Assembly (NCBI RefSeq): GCF_009914755.1
Contig: NC_060941.1
Length of the DNA stretch: 64,000 nt
Direction: 5' to 3' (one strand)
Source: the human T2T-CHM13v2.0 reference genome, Homo sapiens
Shown: one piece after another, positions 51,121 through 64,000 of the stretch
How positions within the stretch are numbered: the first letter of the stretch is position 1
Layout of the letters: the number at the start of each line of letters is the position of its first letter
Position numbers and translations under genes: made by a program
The notes under the pieces: generated by a model
The model's database searches: none
Told to the model about the DNA's origin: nothing
The model's input: the letters and a program-made list of their open reading frames with translations, nothing else

Positions 51121-53679
51121 GAGCCTTTTGTTGCCACCTGATCACCATGCAGTAGCCTCTCTAAACCTTGCTCTGTGGAGTCTGCAGTTTCCTCTCTCTG
51201 TTTTCAGTTAGCCAGAGCCCCTGCTGGAAAGAGAGCCTGGCCCCACAGGCCAGATGCTTGGCTGGGCTCTCTTGTCAGTCCTCAAAGCCACCCTGTGTGC
51301 CCCTTGCATCACCTGATTCTGAGAACAGCACAGCCAATAAGCCCCTGCCTTGTGCCTCTGGAAATGCTGCCAGCCTGGATCAGTAATTCCAAAAATATGT
51401 TCTGGGGAACACTGGTCCTTTTGGATGCTCTTTGGGAGGACAAAAAGGTTTTCAGTTTTAGAAATTGACAAAGCCCTGTACATATATATGTATCCTTCTT
51501 GGAGATCCACCAGCAAATTTACTTATCAAAGGTTCTAATAAGCACTGCTATAAAACACAGTGTTCAACATATCATAATTTAGCATTTGAAAACAGATTTC
51601 ACTATGGAACAAACACTTTTTTGGTTGTAGGTATAATACCTATAACAACCTGAACATACTTGGGGAAACGCTTGACTAGAATTTGCAGGAGTTCCTTGAA
51701 CCTGGCAATTTGTACAACTGGCCTCTTGCTGGAGGCAGCCGGCCATTCAGTTCTGGTTGGGTCCTGACACCTTTATCTTGGCTTGGTGATATGACATCAT
51801 TTCTTCCCTCCAGAGCTCCCGGCATGCCGCAGGGCTGGGACTGCGCTGGCTGTGCCGTTTCTTGGCATACGGTTCCCATGCTGGTGGTAGCAGGAGATAA
51901 TTTGATTGGGCTGACAACATTCATTCTTCTCTGGGCCACAAAGACCCCCTAATTCCCCATTCTGAGACCACGGTTTGGATCTGGCAACAAGAATGCACAT
52001 AGTTACATGTAAACAGAAAGCTCAACACTAAATTATGATTGATGTTTCAAATAAAATGCTCTCAGGGTCAGGATGGGAGATGAGTTTCCAGGAAGTAGCA
52101 CCTGTAATGAAACTCACCAGAGTCATAAAAATGCAGGATGGCCACAGGAGGCCACCTGGAGACTCAAACCTAGATGACAGGAGAAGAGCTAAATTTTAAT
52201 ATTTGTTTGCTCTCAAAACAGCAGCATCATACTTCCCACGAAACAGAAATGCTTGCTTGGTATCATATTGCCTCATAAATCCTCGGGACCCATTTGGTGA
52301 TGAGGTCGAAGGAGCCAGCTGGCCCAGGTGTGATTACTTCTGGGATTGGAGGGAGGGAGGGAGAGGGAAGGCCACCACTTGTTGGCTGCTCTGCATTCAT
52401 GATCCTTTTCAGTCTTCCTAAAATCCAGTGAGGTAAGCAGTGTTTCTGTTTGGCTGGGGAGGAAACCAAGATCCAGAAGGGTGAAGCCTTTGGACTAATG
52501 GAGGCACTGGGATTTGAACCAAGGTCAACCCAAGGTCAAGCCAAGCCCAAAGCCATGCCCAAGAAGGGATTTCTTACTGATGAATTATGAGTATAGGCCT
52601 CTCAGATGTGGTTGGTGGTGTCCCGTGACTCTGCTTGGATGGGGCTGTCTTCCGCTTTCTATCCCCAGACAAGCACTCAGCTGTGTGTCCAAACCAAGGC
52701 AGAGTATCCTTCCATGGCCCTGGTCTCTGATTGGGGAAGGGAGGCTCTGAGGGGATACAAATAAAGTGGCTACAGGGTGAAGTTCCAGGGTTACCCAGAC
52801 ACCTCTAGATTGGAGAAGCTGTTTTTAAACTGATCCTGGATGAGTTACTGGAGATCAGAATTGCCAGAAGATCAGCAGGCTGGTTTGCCCCTAGGAAACA
52901 TCAATATTTTTGTTCGATTTTTGAGTGTCCCCACAATGGTCATTCCAAGGTGGTAGTGGAGAGCTCACGGGATGGGGAGCCATAGGATCCTCCTTCTGGC
53001 TCTGTCCCTTTCTAGCAGCATCACTCCCCTGCCCTTTTTCTGAGGCTTTGTTTCCTCATCTGTCAATTGTGTTTAATAATTCCCGCCCTGACCATTTCAC
53101 AATGACAATGGATGTGGGTTTTGATTAAATGCAACCAGGATTTACTGAGCATTAACTATATGCCAGGCACCCTACTCAGTCTGAGGAGAAGGGCTTATAA
53201 AGGAGAATCCCACAATATCCCCGTCCTTAAGCGATTCATTTAGTGCGAAGAGGACGGACGGAAGTGGTGAACGGCGCTTTATCCTAGCGCTTTCTCATTC
53301 TTTGTTTCATTTAAAGCATTGATGGCTGTCTGAAGTAAGCAGAACAAATATTCTTATTCTCATTTGACAGATAGAAGAAGCTAAGGCTGTGGCAAGTAAA
53401 GTCACTTGCTGAATGATGATAATAACATCTAAAGTCTATACCCACAATTCATTTGCACAGGGTTTTCATATGTGTCATGTCATCAAATCTTCAAAACATC
53501 CCTGCGTGGTAGGCCTTATTACTATTAGACCTGTATTGTAGACAAGAAAAGAAACAGGGACAGACTGTCGGTTCCTGGAGAGAACAAACCAGACCATCTT
53601 CATCTATGTATTCTTAGCACCAAGAATGGCATGAAGCAATAAAAGCGGCTTGTAGCAGATGCTTTCAGTGTCCTGCCCA

Positions 53680-54089
53680 TACCGCCTTGGACTTAACCAT
53701 TTTAGTGCACACTGGCCCCGTTTCCAACCATCGGCACCTGCATTTCTTTATCCAAGGGCTCTCTCTGACAGCCAAGAGCCAAGAGCACTTGTTGGCCAGA
53801 AGTGCTAGAAAGTAGGTGCCTCTCAGGAGTTGCTCTCCACCAAAGACTCCATCACCCTTCAGGTGGGAGAACTCCAAGTGCATGCTCCACCCTGGCTCCT
53901 GGAGATCCCAGTGGGATTAAGTCCCAATGGCCCATGGTGCCAACTTGATTAATAATGTACCTGGTTTTGGTTGTTTTTCTTACCTGTCTTATTTCCCTGT
54001 TTCCCTATCTGTGTTTCTTGGGATCATCTCCCAAATAAACTACTTGTCCTTTTTTCAGAGTCTGCTTCTAGAGGAGCCAGACTAAGACT
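53680..54089 (+). mobile_element. LTR16-family LTR
   Basis: cccagtgggattaag...gggatcatctcccaaataaactacttg...tcagagtctgcttct...ctaagac. Confidence 0.7.
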
Positions 54090-54359
54090 GGTTTCAGTGA
54101 TGGCTTATGGGGTGAGTGGATGAGTGAATGGAGAAGTGAGAGGCTGTGTCCTATCCCCTGACCCCCTGACTGGGGGAGGTAAAGGGAAGGGTGTTGGTTA
54201 TAACCTTGATGTGTTTGTTTCATGGGGACTGAGGTGGGTTTGGGAAGGTGCATCTTACCTGCTGGTGTTGGTGTGAAGATGCAGAGGAAAAATACTACAA
54301 ATCTGTTACTGAAGGTTAAAGTCAAGAACATGATTCCAGGTGGGGTAATCAATCTACAA

Positions 54360-54880
54360 TGCTTAAATCCCCTCCCCTGGCCATCTAGTTCTTTTAGAAC
54401 AGAATGCAAGCTCCTTACTCAGGGCTTGCCACCCTCCCCAACCCATCCCAGACTCGGTGCCGCAGTCCTACATCTTCTGCTCCCTGAACACCTGGAGCAC
54501 TTCCCTCCCTTGGGACACCTTCATTCTTGCTGGCACTTTGCCTGGAATGCTCTTTCCCTCAGAGCTTTGCTTGGCTTACTTTTTCTTTTTCCTTTAGGTT
54601 TCAGCTTCAAAGTGACCTCCTTAGAGGTTGGTTTGCTGACCAACAAAGTCAGTCACTCCCTATCTAATCACCTTATTCTATTTTTATCATAAAATTTGTA
54701 TTTGCAGAATATTTGCTTATTATTATTATTATATTTATTATTATTATTAACTTGTTCTCTATGTAAAATGCAGGATCTATGAAAGACATGATCAGTCTTG
54801 TTGACTGATGTAGTCTCAGCCCTCAGAACAGGGCCTGGCACATAGCAGATGCTCAGTAAATATCTGTTGAATGGAAAAAA
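54360..54880 (+). mobile_element. L2 3' end
   Basis: tgcctggaatgctctt...cctggcacatagcagatgctcagtaaatatctgttgaatg. Confidence 0.8.
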
Positions 54881-55468
54881 TGAAGGATAAGCTAAGGAGA
54901 TGACAGTGATGGGCAGAGGTGTGGAGGAGTTCCAATTGTCCATGGTGCCGACTTGATTCATAGTGTACTTGTTTTTGGTTGCCTTCCTTTCCTGTCTCAT
55001 TTCCCGGCCTTCTCTATATATGTTTCCAGGGCCAGTGCATTTGGCTGCCTTCTAATGCTCTGGTGTGTATTTATTTGGATCAGCTGCTTGTCTTTATGAG
55101 TTGGTGGCAGGTTATGTGAATGGCCCAAGATCACTCTTAGAGGTAGAAGAGCCAGAACTCAAGCCTCGAAGCCCAGGAAGCCCATGCTGTTAACTACCAT
55201 CCTACATGACATCCGTTAGGGTTTACTCACTAACCCTGAGCTAAGACTTTCTGACTCTTTCTCCCAGTCTTCTGCCATGTCACAGAGATAGAGGCTATTA
55301 TTCTGGTTGCTGGGATATTTAAAACTTTATTTATAAGTTGTTCCAGTTTTGTTTTTTGTCAACTTATGAGCAAGTCTATAGGTCAGCCATACAAATAATT
55401 TGTCCTTGTGGGGGAAAAAAAAACCCATGTTGCATAAAAAGGAATGTCCCACCTTAAAGCCTCTAGAC

Positions 55469-55681
55469 CATGGTTTTTCAGTCTCAGCACTATTGACATT
55501 TATAGCCAGATAACTCTTTGTGACAGGGGACAGTCCTGTGCATTTTAGGATATTTAGCAGCATCCTTGACCTCTATCCACCAGATGCCAGTAGCTTCCCC
55601 TACTTATGACAAGCAAAAATGTCTCCAGGCACTGCCAATTGTCCCGTGGGGGCCAAAACTGCTACCGCTTAAGAACCACTG
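55469..55681 (-). mobile_element. MER20, near full-length
   Basis: ctcagcactattgacattt...tttagcagcatcc...agatgccagtagc...aaaaatgtctccag...aagaaccactg. Confidence 0.9.
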
Positions 55682-57293
55682 CCTTGAGCTATAGGAAGGC
55701 AGGTGCCATGTTTGTTTTGCTTATGATCATATCCTTAGTGCCTGACCCAAGTTAAGTGCCCCATAAATATTGGTTGGGCAACAGCATGAATACATGAGTG
55801 AATAGTGAATGAATAAATGAATGCATGAACATAGCCAGTGTCCTTGGACTGAGTTTCCTGAATCCCCTGACCTCATCAGCTGCTCACTTCCTCTGTTTTC
55901 CAACATCACGTCATCTGCTGACCTAACTGACCAGTCACAGCTCTGGTGTAATTATTCACCTGGCTTCCCATAAACTATGTCCAAATAGGGAACAACTCCT
56001 GACTTGGTCTGTTTTGGTCTTGAGCACAGAATCCAGAAACCTCTAACTTTAACCCTGAAGTGGAAGAGGGAAAAGAGACAGAGTGCAGGAGTGTAAGCAG
56101 CAAATGCCCCCACCCACTGGGGGTCATTTACAGTCTCTGGGATCCAATTAACAAAGAAAGTTTCTGAGTGGCCACTTTCCCCACGTCGCCCATGTTTCTC
56201 CACCTCACAGACACCAGTGGAGCCAGTACCCATTAGGCAACATTACTCTGCATAATGAAACAACTGTACTCAAATCCAGAATAAGAAAATGGGAAGCTTC
56301 TATGAAGACTTTAAGCTGCTCAAGTTCACTCAGCTTCAGCTAATGAAAATATGAGCCGCCTCTGAGCTGAGCCTACTTCCTCATGTGGTCCAGTAAATAT
56401 CTTAATATCTCCAGATTCCTTCCTGCCTTCTAAATTGTGTGCATCACATCTGACATTTGCAAGTTATCTATGATGTCTGCAAGATTAAACCAGCATGAAA
56501 ACTCTCCATCTGCACTCTCATCCCCTCCACCCCCCAACCCAGGCTGCCAGGCTGAGCTAGAATGCCTGAGACTGTGAAAGCTCAGCCCATATGGGTGAGA
56601 CTGGAGGCCAGCTGCAGACCTTTGAGGGTGCAATTCCCCACCATCTCTATTTGCATCGCACATGCTGAGGGATTTAATTTCAAGTCCTGGCTGAGTGAGC
56701 ACCTTCTACTTAGCAGGGAATATGGGGGCAGACAACGAGGAGGGAGGCTTGGCCCTGCCCTCCAAAGGAAAGCCTCACCCTTCATAACAAAGGGCACACC
56801 CATCGTGTGCAGGACCCTGCCTAGATGCTCCCTATATACCCTCCCAGGAATTCCTCAAAAGAAAACAGGCGTGGGCGGGTACCCTTGTTTCCCACTTGAG
56901 AAACTAGTGGGCTTTGAGTCAGTCATGAAGCTACTACTTAGAGGGATTTGACTCAGGCTAGACTCTTCCCAGAGCCAGTATGTGGCTTTCAGTCTTTGAC
57001 CAGGAAGACAGACATTTGATGACTTAGCTGTCTATAGCAAGGCAGGATGAAAGAAATGCCAAATAAAGGTATAAGCAATGCCCTGTCAGGTACAGAGAAA
57101 GAGGGGATTAATTCATGTGGTGGACTTAATGAGTCCAGGCTTGAAGAACAAAGAGGATTTTCAGTAGTGGAAAATGGGACAGTTCCAGGGGTGACGGATA
57201 GCATGTGTGACAGCGCAGAAGTGTGTGGCCCTTCCACGGACCAAGGGGTTTGTGGAGAGAGTAGTTAGTAGAGGGATGAGGCTGAAGGTGATG

Positions 57294-57484
57294 CAGCTGT
57301 GTATTGGACCCAGCTTGCATAAGCTCAGGTGAGCTGTGCTCACCTTTCCCAAATTGGTGTTTGGTGATATCATGTTGATGGCTTCAAGTCAGCCATGGAG
57401 GGGGCATTTACATCACGGAAATGGGCACTCAGGACTCCTCCCCTCCCTGAAAGCTGGTCGTTAAACATTAACCAGCGCACGCTA
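57294..57484 (+). mobile_element. MER63A (hAT-Blackjack)
   Basis: gccatggagggggcatttacatcacggaaat...gttaaacattaaccagc. Confidence 0.75.
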
Positions 57485-57944
57485 GGTATTGGGGGACATC
57501 ACCACCAAGGTGACCCCAGGGATCTGAGGAAAGTAAAAATGCCTTATCTGAATAAAGATAGGATAAAGTAAACATCTCTTTAAATGAAAAAAAAAAAAAA
57601 AAATCAAAGTGAAGATCTGACCTGCTGGGGATTCTCAGCAGGGAAACAGGCAGAGCAGGCAGCCCCGTTCATCTATTCCCAATATTGCATTATCTCAGAC
57701 TCACTTATTCAGAATTCTCTCACCACAGATCAGCAGTTTGCCTCCTCCATTACCAGCTAATCCAGATGGACCTGGTGCTAACTTAATTTCCAGGATAATG
57801 GAGTCCTGATCTGTTTGCACAATTGGCTCTTGCATCCCGAAAGTATTTGCTGAATCCTTAAAATCAATGAGGCTGTGCTAGACCACCATACCCTCCTTCC
57901 CAGTGAAGACGGGTTCCAGGATCCCCCTAGTGCCTGGCTGCCTA

Positions 57945-58160
57945 CATTAAACACCTACAGTACACCAGCTCCATGCTGGGTGCCTGGTGTGGATCCTATC
58001 GATCCTCACTATGGCCCAGGAAGGGTGACTTCCATTTTACAGAAGAGGAAACAGGAGTCTCAGGAAGGGCAGAACTTTGCCCAAAGTTACACAGGTAGCA
58101 AGCGCCAGAGCTAGGATGGGACTCCCTGTCTGTCTCTAAGGCTCCCAATCTTTGAATTAC
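57945..58160 (-). mobile_element. MIR
   Basis: ccattttacagaagaggaaacaggag...tgcccaaagttacacag. Confidence 0.75.
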
Positions 58161-58172
58161 ATTTTGTTACTA

Positions 58173-58637
58173 TGAGTGGTAGGCTGGATAACTGTCTGCA
58201 CAGATATCCACGTCCTAATCCCTGAAATCGTGAATATTACCTTATAAGGCAAAAGGAACCTGGGAAATGTGATTAAGGTAAGCTCCTTGAGATAAGAAGA
58301 TTATCCTGGATTATCTGGGTGATCTCAATGTAGTCCTGAGGGTCCTTGTAAGAGGGAGGCAGAAGGACATGTGACCACAGAAGAGGAGATGGCACCTACG
58401 ATGGAAGCAAAGATTGGAGTGATGTGGCTACAATCCAAGGAATGTGGCGGCCCCTAGAAGCTGGAAGAGGAAGGAATGAATTCTTCCAGGGAGCCTTCAG
58501 AAGGGGCCAGCCCTGCTCACACCTTGATTTGAGCCCTGCAAGACTCCTTTCAGACTTCTGACCTCCAGAACTGTAAGAGAATAAGTTTCTGTTGTTTTAA
58601 GCCACTAAACTCATGACAGCAGCAATAGGAAACACAC
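58173..58637 (+). mobile_element. MLT1C/D MaLR LTR
   Basis: gtcctaatccctgaaatcgtgaatattacctta...agattatcctggattatctggg...ttctgacctccagaactgtaagagaataa...ttaagccac. Confidence 0.9.
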
Positions 58638-60626
58638 ACTTTCCAAAGCAAGAGGAAGAGAAATGAATCAAGACATCAATATGAGAAAGGAATGGGGTAT
58701 GAGAAGCATGTGTCAAGGGCAAGAAAGGAATGGGCTGGCCTGCAGGTGTCCTTGGCTCTCTCTAAGCACAGGAGGTCTGAGCAGGGGCCTCTGCTCCCTC
58801 CCCTTTCCCTTATCCTACTCCTCCTAGCCACATTGACTTCAATTTGAACCAATGCATTCTATAATTAGGACAAGCATTCCTTTGCCCCCTGATGGAAGAA
58901 AAGGAGGCAACTGAGTGATAGAGGCCAGCACAGGCTCAAGCACTGGAGTTCTGTCTCAGCTCTGCCAGCCACTTTCTCTGTGATCTTGGATAAAACACTT
59001 TATTTCTCTGCAAGTGTCGCGACTTCTCAGATCCCGCCCCCAGATTTTTATATCTATGTGCTAAGCAAACTAATCGTATAAACACAGTTTGGGTAGAATA
59101 TTGAGCCCATTAAAAGAGCATCCAAAACACACTCTGTGCAGATTATTTTCATTCAGCTTTTATGAAAGCAGGTCTTGAGGCTCCTTGTGTTGGCCTCTCA
59201 AAGCTGCAGGCTGGATAACCATCCCACAGGGGGAAGCTCCAATGCACATTAATATGGGAAGATTTCTCTGGCTGCCAGGGCCAGGAGGTGGGCATAGACT
59301 GGTCCTAAGAACTGAAGGTGGAAAAAAAACCTTGCTTGGAAAGACCAGAAACAAGCCCTGGTGGTCCGTAGATCTGAAGGCTCTGAAGATGAGCTTGCAG
59401 GAACAAGAGGGGCTGGCAATTTCAGGGAAGAGAAGGAAATGATGATGGGTTCAGCAGTGGGTGTGTTAGTGGCCAGAACTCTCAGAGTTTTCATGGGCCT
59501 GTTCTTTTAGCCATTGGAAGCTGGGCCTTGCAACAATGATGAGACAAGGCCTGGGAGTGAAGCTCAGTGGCTGTAGCATGGCTTAACTGAAAGACCATGA
59601 CCTAGGTTTCTGATAGCTTAGTCCCTAGTTCAGGTCCTGTTACCATCGTCCTGCGGTCTCTAAGTGTCTTAAATGTTTCAACTTTAGCTTTCTGATCTGC
59701 CAACTGGGTGAGTGATAATAGCTCTGTGGAGCTGGTGAGCTCCCCTTCTTTCCCCCTTTCCCCTTCTTTCCACCCAGGCTGGATGTTCCAGCTGCCAATC
59801 TCACCGATTCTTAGTTTGTGTCTCTGGAAAATGGGGTTGCTCATCAGAAGGTTGACGCAAGGTTTAATGAGACAGGATAGGTAGGTGGTCCAAGCCCTGG
59901 AATACTGATTCTCTCCCTGGCCCCTCTGGGCATTCTCACAAGTTGAGAGAATAACAAGATATGATCAATAACCCAGAGATATGACACCCAGAGGTGAGTG
60001 TGCTGCTGTTATTCTTTCTGAGGGGGGCTGAGCCTATGTGGCAGGCGATCCTTGATGGTATAATGTGCACACTTCCCTGAGCCCACCTGGTTGTTCTGCC
60101 AAGTGTGGGTTAAGTTCTTGTCCATCTCTCGTGCCCAGGGTAGCATGGCATGCACAATGACTGGGACCTAAATGGCAAAAAGCCTGCTATCCAAGCTCAG
60201 AAACATCCCTGGCTCCCATCTGAGGCCTCTGCCAGCAGCTCTGGGAACCCAGCAATAAATTAGAATGTCAGCATGATATGGGGTCAGGTGCTACATCCCA
60301 CCAAGACTACACCCTCTTACTTGTACCCTTGGCTGTCTCCTCCCCAAGACGCTCCTCTTTTTCAGACACATAATACAACACTGGGCTGATGGCCTGAAGG
60401 CTGACTTCTCAGTGGTTGCAGCCTCCTGGGCTGACTTCTAAGGGAATAGGTGAATCTGCTCATCCTTTCTGTCCTCTGGAGCTGGCAGACATTGTGTATG
60501 TGTGGATGAGGTGGTATATTAGAGCTCCCTGGCACCAGGCTCCTAAATCTATCCCTTTATCCTTCAATTGGTGCTGGTTATTGTGTCTGGGAAGCATACC
60601 ATCATCTTCAATCTCAAAGCCTAAAT

Positions 60627-60775
60627 CAGAATGCCTCAAACTTTACTGTACATATGAGCTACTTGGAGATCTTGTTGAAATGCAGATTCTGATGTGATAG
60701 GTCTGGGGTGGCCTGAAACTCTGCCTTTATAACAAGTTCCCAGGTGATGCTGATGCTGTTGATCCCAGAGTCACA
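60627..60775. mobile_element. MER5A
   Basis: gatcttgttgaaatgcagattctgat...aacaagttcccaggtgatgctgatgctg. Confidence 0.85.
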
Positions 60776-61084
60776 GGGACCTAAGGGGTCACCTGGAGGG
60801 AATGACAGAAACCACAGAGCTCAAGAAGAAGGAAACTAAAATTGCATGTCTGCTGCATGCCAGCTGCTGTGCTAGGTGGGTGAAAGTAGCCACCTTCTTA
60901 ATCCTCCCAACAGACTTGCCAGGAAAGGATTAGGATTCTAATTGCACAGACCAGAGAACAGAAGCTCAGGAGCTACAGACATACACCCAGAGTCACACAG
61001 CTGGCAAAAGGAGGCAAGGGTTGAGTTCTTGCATCTGGCTCATGCTCACTTTCTCTACTAAGAGGCTTCCCTATACATGAAGAC

Positions 61085-61748
61085 GAAGCCCTGTCACAAT
61101 TCACAAATGAGGAAATACACCAAGAAGTAAACATATGGAAGATGCTTGGTCTCACACTCTTCATCCAAAATGAAAAGCAAAACAGTGTGAAATGATCTCT
61201 CACCAGTCAAAATAGAATAGATACTTTAAAAGAATGATTGCATGTGGGGAAAAGTATTGTAAAATGGGGATTCTCATACGATTCTGGGGAGAGGGTACAT
61301 TTGGGCAACTGATTGGAAAACAGATGGCACCTATGAAATGCCTTAAAAATGTTCCTGTTCAGTAATTATGCTTTTGGGAATCTATCCTAAAGAGTCTTGA
61401 AATTATGTATCCTAGCACTATCCAGGATAAAGAAGTAGTAGAAACAATTTAAATATCTGACAGAAGAATGAGTTGTAATTTATGAAACATCCACACAATG
61501 GAGTTTTATGTAGTCATTGAATTACGGGTATGTAATACCATGAAAATGTTAATGTTATAAAGGAAAAAAGTGGCTTGCAAAATGATACACAGAGAATAAT
61601 CTAAAATTGATATTTAAAAAATCTAAAACATTAAGCCTAGACAGAGAAAAAAGCCTGAAAGAAATTAAACCAGTATATTAGTGGTTAGGTTTTGTTTCTG
61701 GAATTAGGAATCATCTTTTAAATGCATTTTCCCAAATGTTTTAAATAT
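61085..61748 (+). mobile_element. L1ME-like 3' fragment
   Basis: acaattcacaaatgaggaaatac...aaacatatggaagatgct...ttgggaatctatcctaaag...catccacacaatgga. Confidence 0.65.
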
Positions 61749-61761
61749 ACATGTGGCTTTT

Positions 61762-62050
<289 letters not shown>

Positions 62051-62379
62051 ACATGTGGCTTTTATAGTGATTTAAAAATAATGTCCCTTCAAATAAACTT
62101 AGGTCTACAGCACTTAATCCAATGACCTAAAATTCAAACGTACACTAAAATTCCATAAACTATTCCTATTTTCTTATTGAATCACATGATAATTTCAGGA
62201 GACAAGTGACCTTCACTTCTGATTGACCATTGATTGGCAGTAGTTTCAGTTTCTCTGTCCTCAGCTTCTGTGATTATTAGTTCGGCGCATCAACCTAATA
62301 AATATGTCATGATGTCTAAACAAAAACTCTAACGTCATCTAGAGAGTGATACATTAACGAAACCGTATGAGGGATAATC

Positions 62380-63095
62380 CATTCATTCAGCTGGCTGTGC
62401 TCTATGGATGCTGAGATGGAAGGCAGTTTGCAAGTGGCCCACAGTCTGGAAGGGGAGAGAAACCAATCAACTCTTGCTGTCTGGAGTGAGCAGAGGCTTT
62501 CAGGGCTGATCAGCACAGAGTGTGCTGAAGCGGACTTAGAAGATAAGATGTCCTGAATGACGAGGAGGTGTTAGGCAAGGAAGGAAGGAAGCTGATCCAA
62601 GCAGGGTTTGCAAAGACTTGAAGGGAAGACATTGACATTGAGAGCATGGTGGTTTCAAAGAGCCACCCCAAAGTGTGGCCTGGCATGAGGGTGCTATGCT
62701 TGGGGGAGGAAAGAAATGAGTTGGGAATGGCTGGGATCATCAGGGACTATAGATGCCATGTGGCAGGGTTTTCATTTTATTTGAAAGGTGATGGGGAGCC
62801 CCAAGAGGGTTTTAAAGAGGAGAGGATCATGACAGAATTAGACTTTAATGAGGATCACTCTGGCTGCAGAGTGGAAGTGAGACGGTGGGTGGTTCAATTG
62901 ATAGTGTGGGTGAGCATAGAGAGAACCAGTCAGGGGGTTGTTTGAATAATTGAGGTGAGAAACAGTGAAGGGGTGGCCATGGAGAGAGGGAGGCAGTTGG
63001 GAGGGAGATTTAGGTGGTAAATCAGTAGCTACAGGTCTTGAAAATTAATTGGATGTGGAGGGTTAGGGAGAGGGAGGAACTCCCAGTGACTGTCA
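62380..63095 (-). mobile_element. L2
   Basis: ccattcattcag start; gatggggagccccaagagggttttaa...gatcactctggctgc. Confidence 0.75.
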
Positions 63096-63689
63096 GAATA
63101 TTTGTCATTGCTAATTTATGTGTTTTTGCTGGCTTGAATGTTACAGTAAATTAAAGGGTAGTTTGAGTGAACAAAATATAATTTAGACTTTGGGTTTGTG
63201 TGATGAGAGCCCCTGCTCTTGGACAGCAAAAGGCCCTGTTTCCTAGAGGCACTTCCTTCTGATGGATGGTTACCCCAAATGGATGTGGGATATGAAGGGT
63301 GGCAAGTGAGAGAGCTATAAAAGTTCAGTGGTTTCTGGGAAGCTCTCAGGGATGTAAGGCTGAACATCTTTCTGCAGGAGACCTTCCCTCAAAAGGCAAA
63401 GAGAATCGTGATATTGTGATTTGCTTTTGTATATTTGTGAAATGCACACACACACAAACACACACGCACGTACTCATTTTGCAGATGAGGCTCTGCACGA
63501 TTGCGTAGTCTATTTCCCATCATGACGCTTGTTATGGCTGAGCGAGCCCGGAGCCTGAGTCTTTGCCTCTTGAGTACTTGCCCTTTCCCATAGGCTGTGC
63601 TGAACGCCTTTAAACATTCTGTGTCCACCACTCCCCCGGAGTAGCACCTTGTAAACCAAAGAAAGGAACTGACAGCTTGGGTCGTAGAA

Positions 63690-63880
63690 AGAGCCCAGAC
63701 TAACTCCAGTCAGAGCTGAATCCAGGTTCCCTCTCATCCTGGTGACTCTGGGCTTGTCCTGTTTGAACTTCAGGTTTCTTCTCTATAAATCAGAGATAAC
63801 AGCATCACCTTGTAAGCCTGGGAGGATTAAATGAGATAATGCAGGTAAAGTACCAAGTACATGGTAGGTACTCCATGCCT
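63690..63880 (+). mobile_element. MIR
   Basis: gtttcttctctataaa...gaggattaaatgagataatgca. Confidence 0.75.
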
Positions 63881-64000
63881 GTTTCTCCTTTTCTTTCTCT
63901 GCGGAGACTTTTAGAGCAGTGAGGCTCTCCCTCTGGCTCATGGGTGTGCTAAGTAGCAGCTCCCCTCTGGGTCTTGAGAAAAGGGACCCAAAATGACAGG

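Overview
This is primate (most likely hominoid/human) non-coding genomic DNA, consistent with a large intron or an intergenic region. The locus cannot be identified from sequence alone. I find no intact protein-coding gene, RNA gene or CRISPR array. The long ORFs in the track are Alu-, L1-, MaLR- or mariner-derived, or chance ORFs. The window is dominated by interspersed repeats: 10 dimeric Alus (J, S and one AluYe-like), a FAM monomer, many MIR and L2 relics, and a ~6 kb ancient L1M. It also holds MaLR elements (MST with internal region, MLT1), ERVL LTRs (LTR16, LTR33), an ERV1 LTR26-like solo LTR, and hAT DNA transposons (MER5, MER20, MER58A, MER63A, MER96, MER115, Charlie4z). The most notable structure is a near full-length, dead Hsmar1 mariner at 32118-33685 in a four-level nest (L1M > MER58A > Hsmar1 > AluS). 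A second, solo Hsmar1/MADE1 terminal repeat lies ~8.3 kb downstream of its 3' end. Several repeat-free blocks look like candidate enhancers. I do not see evidence of a new biological system; the findings are hypotheses about repeat history and cis-regulation. Repeat family names come from recalled consensus motifs, not a database search, and MIR/L2/L1 boundaries are approximate (tens of bp). Short, highly decayed MIR/L2 fragments are not all listed.
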